This document shows positions 1 through 10,200 of a stretch of DNA of 64,000 nt, in pieces (positions within the stretch are counted from its first letter, which is position 1; each line of letters begins with the position of its first letter). Source of the stretch: an uncultured Clostridia bacterium (lineage in GTDB: Bacteria > Bacillota > Clostridia > Oscillospirales > Oscillospiraceae); contig CAMKFK010000001.1 of the NCBI GenBank assembly GCA_946411835.1, forward strand, positions 11,434 to 75,433, given 5' to 3'. The translations under genes were made by a program, and so were the position numbers. The notes under the pieces were generated by a model. It was given only the letters and a program-made list of their open reading frames with translations. It did no database searches and had not been told where the DNA came from.

Positions 1-1
1 C

Positions 2-577
2 ATAATCCTAAGACCTGTTGTCGAGTCAGACGCCGATTTCTATGTATCCGTCAAGGTTCAATATTCATTGATGTACCAAGGCATAGTTCGTATGAAACAG
101 CACCTTAACGAGAGCTTGCTATGGTCTGATTTGTGCCAGCCTGAGACCTTTTTCTGTATGATTATTGATGCGACCAGCGGGACCTCCATCGGCTATATTG
201 GCCTCAAAGATACACGGAGAGAACCGTGGGAAATCGCTATTGAGCTTGACGGTCAATACACGCACAAAGGGTATGGTCCTCGTAGCATTCGGCTGTTTCT
301 GAATGAAATCCGCAGGATTGCCGGAAAGACAGAGTTCCAAGCGCGGGTGGATACAGCGAATATTCCCTCACAAAAGTGTTTTGAAAAAATCGGTGCCGAA
401 CTTGTGGGACTGTGCGACGGCCCTTTTCTAAAGTTGCCCGACGAGAAAAAGCGCTTTGAGGATCGGAATCTGAATCTACTTACGGACAATATGAGAGAGT
501 TAGCCTCGCGCCTGGGGGTTGATCCACGGAAGATGCTCAGTCATGTGCTTGACTACCGGATGACCTGCCCTCTCTGA
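2..577 (+). CDS. GNAT (RimJ/RimL-type) N-acetyltransferase, 5'-truncated by window edge
   Basis: Frame is open from base 2 (IILRPVVESDAD...). GNAT motifs IGYIGL, YTHKGYG and NIPSQKCFEKIGA. Confidence 0.8.
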   Translation: MILRPVVESDADFYVSVKVQYSLMYQGIVRMKQHLNESLLWSDLCQPETFFCMIIDATSGTSIGYIGLKDTRREPWEIAIELDGQYTHKGYGPRSIRLFLNEIRRIAGKTEFQARVDTANIPSQKCFEKIGAELVGLCDGPFLKLPDEKKRFEDRNLNLLTDNMRELASRLGVDPRKMLSHVLDYRMTCPL

Positions 578-635
578 ATAACGTCCAATCACAAGAGCAG
601 AAAATCAAGTCCATGTGTGGAGGGGGTAAACGACA

Positions 636-806
636 TTGTGTGGCAATGAGTTCGAGCATACGTTTGACCTAATCGACGAGTACACCGATTTGCAGCGGAT
701 CATAGCAGCGGATGACCCTAAGAAGGAGGCAGAATATCAGCTCAAGATCGTGAAGGTTAAGCTCCAAGCATTTAACATTTCAACGGAAGGTTTCGACATT
801 CTCTAA
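636..806 (+). CDS. small hypothetical protein (56 aa, MCGNEFEHTFDLIDEYTDLQRIIAADDPKKEAEYQLKIVKVKLQAFNISTEGFDIL)
   Basis: Read manually. GGAGGGGG RBS-like sequence before TTG at 636; below the ORF-track cutoff. Confidence 0.55.
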   Translation: MCGNEFEHTFDLIDEYTDLQRIIAADDPKKEAEYQLKIVKVKLQAFNISTEGFDIL

Positions 807-872
807 GCACGATGGTTTCAAATAATTCCCCATCATCGGAAAAACAAATAAGCGAAATGGAGGTATGCTAAG

Positions 873-1067
873 ATGGCGGTATTCAAAATCATTTTTAACG
901 GAGAAGAACAGGACGAGGAGTTTAGCACTTATGAGGAGGCTGAGGATTGCGCCCGTGACCTTGTAGGCGCATACCATGAGGGCGGCGAGACTATGGAATT
1001 GAGTAATCCAGGTGATTATCCATATAACCCCGACGATGACCCGGATTATGAAATTATTGAGAAGTGA
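873..1067 (+). CDS. small highly acidic hypothetical protein (64 aa)
   Basis: GGAGGT RBS 8 nt upstream of ATG; D/E-rich sequence. Confidence 0.7.
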   Translation: MAVFKIIFNGEEQDEEFSTYEEAEDCARDLVGAYHEGGETMELSNPGDYPYNPDDDPDYEIIEK

Positions 1068-1229
1068 TGCTATTATCCTTTATGTTCAGATAAACAGCAT
1101 TCCCAACTTTCATAGGCAGCGTTGCTAATGCGGCAGATGGCCGCGTCCAGTCTAAAGCCATAGTCGAGTTGACGCCACCTTCGGTAGCCATTCTGACGCA
1201 AAAATCCGATAACATATCGGATATGTATT

Positions 1230-1259
1230 GGAGGCAGAGGTCACATCCCCCTGCCTCTC
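1230..1259 (-). terminator. hairpin immediately after the stop of the left giant gene
   Basis: GAGGCAG...CTGCCTC inverted repeat just downstream of the stop at 1264; weak U-tract. Confidence 0.45.
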
Positions 1260-1263
1260 TTAT

Positions 1264-4200
1264 TTAACGGTCACGCTCCTTTGTATCTCGTTCGGGTGTC
1301 TCATCTTCGCTGCGCTCATCGTCAATGACCGCGTTATCCGGCTTATCCATGTTCAGTTCAATGTTGAGTTCGTCGAGTTGGGCTTGTTTTTCTTTCAGCT
1401 CGTCCTCCTGCGGGAAGGGGCGCTGCGCCTCGACCTTTGCGGTTTCGAGTTGCTTCATGGCACGATCCCGCTCATTCTCCTTGTCCAGCATCCGTGTCTC
1501 CATGCTATCCAAGGCATTGTCGATACGCTGGATATTGCCGAAAATGTCCATGCCCAGGGATATGGTCAATCTCACGGAGCCGCTGATGGTCATGCGATAT
1601 TCCTTGCTGAGCTTTTCAAAGTACAGCCCCAAGTCAAAACCCCGGTACTGTCCCAGAGGAACAGCATCGGGGCTTGTCATTGCTTTGCAGGCTTCCAGGA
1701 TCGCAGACCCGGCAGCTTTTTTCTCCGTGAAGGTCTTACCCTCCACCATCATAGGCGAAAACCCATCCTCATTGGGATGCGTGTTCTGATCTCGCCGCTC
1801 AATGCCTTGCTTGTAACCTTCAATCATCTCCTCGGCCTCTTTGATCTGTTTCGGGTAGCGATGTGTGATGTCGCTTTCCAGCGAGTAAATCTGGCTCAGA
1901 TGGTTCGCTTTTAACAGCTTCAGCTTGGAAACGGCCACGTCGAGGTCCATCTTGAGCTTGATTTTCGGGTTTCCTGAACACAGCGCCTTGATTTCCGCAT
2001 AAGACAGTGCCGTTTCGTCAATGTCCTCTGCGGAGCGCACCGGGCTTTTCGAGGTCATGATTTGCCCGATGAACTTCTGCTTCGATTCCACCAACTGATA
2101 AAGGTAGGCGTCAAAGGTTCCCTCCGTGACATAGGTGAAAATCTCCACCTCCGGATTCTCGTTGCCCTGCCGCACAATGCGGCCTTCCCGCTGCTGGAGG
2201 TCTGCCGGTCGCCACGGGCAATCTAAATGGTGAAGTGCTATGAGCTTTTTTTGCACGTTGGTCCCGGCTCCCATCTTCTGCGTAGAGCCGATCAGCACCC
2301 GGATTTGTCCGTTGCGGACCTTTCCGAACAGTTCCTTCTTCTTTGCTTCTGTGCCGGCAGAGTGGATATAGGCTATTTCTTCAGCCGGTATGCCGCGCTC
2401 TATGAGTTTGTCACGGATGGCGTCATAGACATTGAAATTCCCGTCATTGTGCGGCGTCGAGAGGTCGCAAAAGACCATTTGTGTCGATCTCTGCTCGCTG
2501 GTACGCTGCCAAATGTCAAAGACGTTCTGCACACAGGCGGCGACCTTACCTGTGTCGCTGTCCGGCAGCATCGGGTTAATGAGCCGTTGGTCAAGGGCCA
2601 GCTTGCGCCCGTCATTGGTGATGACGAGCATATTGTCCTCCGAGGAGTTCACCATACCGTTCCTGACTTTCTCTGCGCGTTCCGCTAATCCGTCCACCAT
2701 TTCCTTCTGATACTCAGACGGTTTCAGGACAACGCTGTGGTAGTTGGCCTTGGGGACAGGGAGGTTGAGCATATCTGCGGTCTGAATGTCCGCGACCTCC
2801 TTGAACATCACCAGCAGCTCCGGCAGATTAAAGAAGCGGGAAAACCGCGTCTTTGCCCGGTAGCCGGTGCCTTCCGGTGCCAGCTCGATGGCTGTGACCG
2901 TTTCGCCAAAGGTGGAAGCCCAGCTATCAAAGTGGATAAGGTCGTTCTTTTTCAGTGTGCTGTATTGGAGATATTTCTGCATCGTGAACATTTCTACCAT
3001 TGTGTTGCTGATGGGGGTGCCGGTTGCGAAGCAGACGCCGCGCCCTCCGGTCAACTCGTCCAGATACCGGATTTTCATGTAGAGGTCTGAGCTTTTCTGT
3101 GCCTCAGTTTGAGAAATACCCCCTACATTACGCATTTTTGTGAACGCGGCGAGGTTTTTGTAATAATGTGCCTCGTCGATAAACAGTTTGTCAACCCCCA
3201 ATTCCTCAAAGGTCACGAGGTCGTCCTTGCGGGATTGGTCATTCAGTCTGTCGAGCTTCTGCTCGATCTGTTTCTTGCTGCGCTCCAACTGCTTGATAGA
3301 GAATCGGTCGCCGTTGTTCTCCTTCATCTCCATGATGCCCTCCATGATCTCGTCGCGCTGCTGCTCCAAGTAGAAACACTGGCGACCGAAAGACAGAGGA
3401 ATTTTTTCAAGCTGGCTGTGGCCGATGATGATGGCGTCGAACTCTCCGGTCGCAATGCGCCCGCAGAAGCGTTTGCGGTTTTTCGCCTCAAAGTCCTTTG
3501 CCGTAGCGACAAGAATGTTCGCGGAGGGGTAGAGCTGCAAATACTCTGCCGCCCACTGCTCTGTGAGGTGGTTCGGGACCACAAACAGGCTCTTGTGGCA
3601 TAGTCCCAGCCGCTTGCTTTCCTGCGCGATGGCTACCATCGTGAAGGTCTTGCCGGCTCCCACAACATGACCGAGAAGCTCATTCCCGCCGTAAAGCCCA
3701 CGGGCCACGGCGTTGAGCTGGTGCTGCCTGAGTTTGATTTCCGGGTTGATACCCACAAGCCCCAGATGGCTTCCGTCGTACTCACGGGGCCGGATAGAGT
3801 TGAACTTCTCGTTATAGAGCTTACACAGGCGCTCCCGCCTGTCCTGGTCCTTCCATATCCAGTCCTGGAAAGCCTGCTTGATCTGCTCCTGCTTGGCTTG
3901 GGCAATGGCAGTCTCTTTCTTGTTCAGAACCGGCTTTTTGTTACCTTTTTCGTCCTCAATATAGTCGAATATCCGCACATCTTTGAGATTTAAGGTCTGC
4001 TCGATGATTTTGTAGGCGTTGATGCGGTCAGTACCATAGGTAGTGAAGGCTTTTACGCTGCTGCGGTCGTAGGATTTCCCCTCAATGTTCCACTCTCCCG
4101 TGATTTTTGCAAAGTGGATTTTGATATTTCTTTGTGCGTACCACGGCGTATCCAGAAGTCCAAACATGAACTCCTCGAACACCTCCGGAGGGACCCAGGT

Positions 4201-7200
4201 GGAGCCCAGCCGCACGGAGATTTCGCTTGCGGTCAAATCCACCGGCTGCACCCGTTCCAACGCCTCCACGTTCACGGTATATTCATCGGGGTAAAGCTCC
4301 GCGCTGCGCCGCGCCCAATCCAGTTTCTCCCTCACGTTGCCGCTGAGGTATTCATCAGCGGCAAGATACTTCGGACGTGTGTCGGAGCCGTAGTCGTGCA
4401 TAGGGTTCAGAAAAATGACGCCTTTGAGGTCCTCAAAGATTTCTTTCTCCGTTTTTCCGGTCAGCTCCATCATATAGTCCATGTCCACCTTTGCTTTTTC
4501 AGCCAGCGAAACCGCGAGGGCCTCCGCCGCCGTGTCAACATGGGTGATTTCTGTCCGCTGCTTAATGGTGCGCTTGCTGAACATATCCGCCTTGCGGATG
4601 AAATGCCCCTCGTCATCCAGGACCTCCAAGGAGGACAGGAGGAAGAAGGAGTTGTCAGTGTTGAAAGCAGACTTGTTGGCGCGGGAGTTGATGATGCCGT
4701 ACTTGGCGCTGAACTCGTCGTAGAGCCGGTTGAGTTTGCGCTGCTCGGCCTCGATCATCTCATCGGGGTAGTCCTCCGTCTGGTACTCAATGAGCTGCCG
4801 AACAGAATCACGGATGGCGATGAGACCTTTCACGCGGTTCTTTGCTGTCATGGACAGCTCAACGGGATACATCCGGCTGTTTTCCCGGTAGTAGACCTCT
4901 CCTTCGACCAGCGTATAGGAGAAGTTTCGCACATCCGGGTCAGCGGGAATGGACTTGTCCTCTTCCTCCTCGGTCAGCTCGTCGAAGTCGTACTCCGTGA
5001 TGCTGCCGGTGATGTTCTGAATTGCCTCGGAGAGCATTTCATCAAGGTCCTGCCCGTCATAGGCAACGCAGGCGGTCTCCGGGCCGAAGGGACCGCTGAT
5101 CTCCCGCATTTCACCCATCACCATATCCGGGTGATCCACAAAGTATTGGTTCATGGTCAGGCCGTTTTCATCGGTGTTCAGGTGTACCCAGCTCGGTTCC
5201 TCCGCTGTGAGGGTGTCCCGCTTCTGGAAAAAGAGAATGTCTGAGGTAACGTCCGTGCCGGCAGCGTCCTTGAAGGTGTTGTTCGGCAAGCGGATCGCGC
5301 CCAGGAGGTCGGCCCGCTGCGCGAGATACTTTCTCACGACGGGGCTTTCCTTGTCCATTGTTCCTTTGCTGGTGACAAAGGCGATGATGCCGCCGGGTCT
5401 CACGCTGTCCAGCGTTTTGGCAAAGAAGTAGTCGTGAATCAGGAAGTTGTGCTTGTCGTAGCGTTTGTCGATGAGCTTGAAGTTACCGAAGGGAATATTG
5501 CCGATGGCAACATCAAAAAAGCTGTCCGGCAGCTCCGTTTTCTCAAAGCCTTGGACAGCAATAGACGATTTCTGATATAGCTGCTGGGCGATGTGACCGG
5601 AAATGCTGTCAAGCTCCACGCCGTAGATGCGGGAGTCCGCGAGGCTCTCCGGTTTCATGCCGATGAAGTTGCCAATGCCGCAGGAAGGCTCCAAAAGGTT
5701 TCCGCTCTTAAAGCCCATGTTCTCCAACGCCTGATACATAGCGCGGATGACAACAGGCGGCGTATAGAAAGCGGTCAGCGTGGATTCCCGCGCTGCCGCG
5801 TATTCGGATTCGTCGAGAAGTTCTTTCAGCTCCAGGTAGTGACTGTTCCTCTCGTCGAAGCAGTCTGCGAGCCCGCCCCATCCCACATACTGCGCGAGGA
5901 CCTCCTGCTCTTCCGGGGTGCCGAGGCGTTGCTCGGCCTCCAACTGTTTGAGAAGCCGGATGGCGGCGACATTGTTTGCGTAGCGGACGCCGGGAGTGCC
6001 GACGCCGATCTGATCGTTTGTGATGCGGTAGTCATGGCGCTTGGCGTTGGGGATGTTCGGGTAAAGCATGGTAGGAGCCATTGACCGGCGCGGTCTTGAT
6101 GTGGGTGGGGGCGGCGCGATTCCTTTTTCAGCCGGTTCCGGGTGGAGTATCTTTTGCACTTCCTCTCGGAGTCCCGGCGTATCCTTCAGTTCCGCTCCGT
6201 CAATCCACTCATAGACCTGGCCCCAGCTTTCAAAGGTCAGGGGATAGTCCGATGAGGTAAGAAAGACGATGTTTTCTTTGAATCCCGTATTGGTGGCGGT
6301 GGAATCATACCGGAAGCCGGCTTTCACCATTGCGTCAAAGGCCCGTTGCTCGTCCTCTGTGGCGGGACCCGGAAACGCCGGCTCATTGGTCATTTCCTGC
6401 TCATAGCGGTCAATGGTTTCCCGGTCAAGCCAGATGGGTTTTTCACGGAGCTGGTCGTACAGCTCCCGCATTTTTGCGATTTGTGCCGGTACGTTTCCTG
6501 CCCACAAGTGCTTTTCGGCCCTCTGCCCATTGCCTAAGAAGTAGCGGCAGTCAGCATCGAGCCGGTGCAAAAGGCGGTACTCCGCTTCTTGGCCTGCGGG
6601 TATCTCTTCCGGCAGAAGTACATCATCGCTGGCCCCGATTTCCTTCGTGGGCTGCGGTACATTCACCGGCAGCGGGTTTCCTTCCTCAAAGCCGAACACC
6701 ATCTGCCCGGTGCGTTCGGAAAGCTCAGCGGCAAGCATCGCCTGACGGAGCATTTCGTCAGCCCTATCCACCGGCCCCTGTGCGGGGGCGCTGATGGTAT
6801 TCTGAATTTGCGTCACAAGGGCTCGAATCTCCGCGTTATCCCAGCCTTCCACCTTTGCGTAGTCCTCTACCAGCGTATCAACACCATTGCGGCACTGGAT
6901 CAGGTCGAGACTTCCCGGCAGCGGGTTTGTATTCTGTACGCCCAAAGCCTTTAGGCTTTCATTGGGTAATGCGGCGTATGCTTCATAGGCTTCCTCGTAG
7001 GTTGTGTAGGTCCGCACATCAAGGGGACCGGCAGCTTGAATGTCCGGCACCACATAGAAGTGGTGAATAAAGTGGTCTTTATTTCCCACTGAGCGGCGCA
7101 GGGCTTCCGGGAGAATGGCTGTCAGGTCCGCAATCAACCGTTCCGCGTTTTCTTTCTGCTCCGGCGTCATGCTTTCTTCGGGTATTATCAGCTCGATTTG

Positions 7201-10200
7201 GCTGACCAGCTCGGACACAAGGAGGGGGTCTTTGAGCTGCTCTTCCATGCGGAAAAGCGCCTCCTCTTCACCTCTCCCGGCGTTCTCTTCCGGGGTATAG
7301 GCGTTCAGAAAGTCAACGGCTCTCGCAGCAAGGGTACGTCCGATAGCCTTGATCGGTTCGCTGTGCCGCAGCACGTCCGTGTTGGAAAACTTGAAATGCT
7401 GCAACTCCTTGTCCCAATACGCATCAAAGCCGTACATGGTCACGGGGGTATTCAGTTCGTTATAAGCTGTGCGCTTCGTCTTGAGGACACGGTATTCCGG
7501 TGTCTGGTCATCCTCACCGATCTGGATGATGTCGCCCACCTGGTAGCGCACGAGCTTTCCCTCGTTGAGCTGCCGGCAGTATTCGTCTGCCTGATACTCG
7601 CTGCTGAACTCTTCCACAACGCCATCATCGACATAGTAACCATCTGCCTGATCGTCCCAGACGGAGTAGAAGGCCGGCTCGTTGGAGCGCACGACCTCTA
7701 CCACATGAAAGCGGTCGCCGGTCGGCTCCGTGAAAGTGCGCTTCGCCTCGTCGAGCTGCGCGTCAGTAAAGGTAATCAGCTCCGCAAAGTCGAGACCGTC
7801 CAGTTCGTTGGAGATCAGGTCCTCAATGGAATCATACTCGCGCCGGTCCACCAGCCGCTTGTCCAGATAACGGTCAATGCGGCAGTTGATGAGGTCTGCT
7901 ACGATTTGGACAGGAATCTCCTCGTCCTCAACTTCGGTATAACCGATGTCAACATGAGCGAGGTTTTCGTAGTCGCCACCATGCCCGAACTCGCGCTCAC
8001 AGTATTCGTCTATGAGCTTTTTAGCGCGGTCCAGGGAAGTCTCAGGCCGTACCTTTTCGTAGTCAACGATCTCAAAGCCTTGGGGCGGAGGGTCAAACCG
8101 ATCCACAAAATCCGTAGGGATCGTGTTTCCGTCCTTGTCCCGGTAAACGACGATGGACATGGGAACGCCATAGTGATTATCGTCGAGCATATCCCGGACA
8201 AACCGCTCTGCGTCCGTGTACTCGATACTGTACCAGACTTCGCCGTTTGTTTCGAGATAATCAATACGGCCAACGGGGTGGGTCTCTACAGGTGTTCGTG
8301 CATGATCTGCCGATAATGCGTAGGTTTCATGTTTACCGTTCACGAGCACGAGATCATAACCTCTGTCGAGAAGCAGATTGATCGGCGTATCAATGCTTAT
8401 GGCGGGAACTCCACACATGGGGACACGCTCTTTGAGGCCGACGTTCCGGGTGGTCATGCGAATGTCAAGAGCTTTCGATACGATTCGGGCATCCGCGCCC
8501 AGGACTTCATAGAAATCACCCACCTGATAGAACACGATTGCTCCGTTGTATTCGCTCCGGTAACGGTGATACTCCTGCCAGAACTCGTTTCCTCCGGGTT
8601 CGGGCTGCTGCGCCTGCGGGGGCGTTGTAAAAACGGGGGTGTTCTGAGTGGCAGAAGCGGTCAGCTCTGCGGTTTCCGCGACACGGAGGATCTGCGCTCT
8701 GACGTTATCCGGCATATCCGGGTCGTAGAAGTTGATGCTGCGGTCATCGTTGATAACCGCGACCGTCCGATAGTCGCCATTTACAGTTTCCAGCCGATTC
8801 CAGACCGTCAGGCCGTTGCCCATAGCGCCGTAGCCCAGGTCATATTTCTTTTCAGCCGGTTTTTCCGTTGCCGGCTCCGCCACTTCTTCTTGCTGCGGCA
8901 CCTCCGGTTCCTGTGCCTGCTCTTGCTCCTGTGCCTGCTCCGGTTCTTCTTTGACCTCCCGAAGATACTTTGCGTTCAGCGGGTTTTCCCGGACCATCCG
9001 CTCGAAGTCCTCGCGGGAGAACTCTTTGTTAAACAGCGGGAATTTGGGGTCGCTGACCTCCACCACCTCGTCACCCAGGGACAGGACATCATATTCCTGC
9101 GTACCGATATAGACGGTATCGCCCAAAGATATAACAAGCTCCATCTTCGGAGGCGGGGGAGGGTTCAACTCTTCCTCGGTGGGCTCCAAGCCCATAGCGA
9201 GAGGTCCTGACAGCTCAGAAAGCATAGCTTCACAGCGTTCCGTCAAAGGCGTGTTCTCCCTGATAATCGTCTGCATGGCCTCGCGCATCAGCGGGAGGAT
9301 AAAGTCGCCGTTTATGGCACGGATATAGTTTTTCTTCTCGCCAAGGGAGAAGGGAGTAGCACATGAAATGACATAGCTGCTATCCGGCAGCTTGCTTTCG
9401 AGGCCGCTACCTTTTACAAAATCCTCATATTCATTGATGAGCGCACGGAATTCGTCGGCAATGTGCCTACGCTCCACGCGGACCTCGCGCCGATGCAGGA
9501 ACGCGGGGTACTCCGCTTTTTCCGCTGAGTTGAGATAGCGGTCAGCCGCGATCAGTTGTCTGATTCGCTTTTCAACCGCAGGCCATTTGAGAAGCAAAGC
9601 ATCCTTCTTGTCATCCCCTTGGAGAGTTCGCCTGAGCAAAATGCCCTTGCTGTCGTGGTCCTCCCAGATACCTGTGCCGGGGATTGCATCGGAACGACCG
9701 CCAACGCCATATTCTGATTTCAGGAACTTGACGTTCTCCTCGGCGCTCTCGCCTTTCTCAAACTGTTCCAGAATGCGATACTTGCCCTCGTTGACGCCGC
9801 TGCCGCCAGCCAGCACATAGTCGATAGCTGCCTGCGGCATGGCAAAGGCGGTTTCCTTTTCAGCCAGTTCTTCCTGAATGAGCGACATCTGCTCTGCTAC
9901 GGAGGGAAGGGGACGCTCATCTGGGTCGAGCCACTGTTCCATGAGAATCATGCCCTCTATCGTAGCGGCAACGCCCGTCCAGCGTAAGTTGGCCTCCATC
10001 AACGGGTTCATATACCCACCGCGGTAGAGGTGCAGGCCCTCGCGGAAGGCACGGTATCCTGCCCTCTGACCGTTGGAAAGAATGGACTCAACGAGGGTGT
10101 TGTTGAAGTAGCTGGCAATGAAATTGCCGCGTTCTCTGCGATCTTCGTGATCGGCAAAGTACGCGGCAATCGTCACTCTATGCTCTTTCAATGCTTCGCT

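Noticed and set aside
1204-1222. ATCCGAT-N5-ATCGGAT palindrome as an element boundary
   Set aside because: Single short dyad with no matching copy noticed elsewhere; insufficient support.
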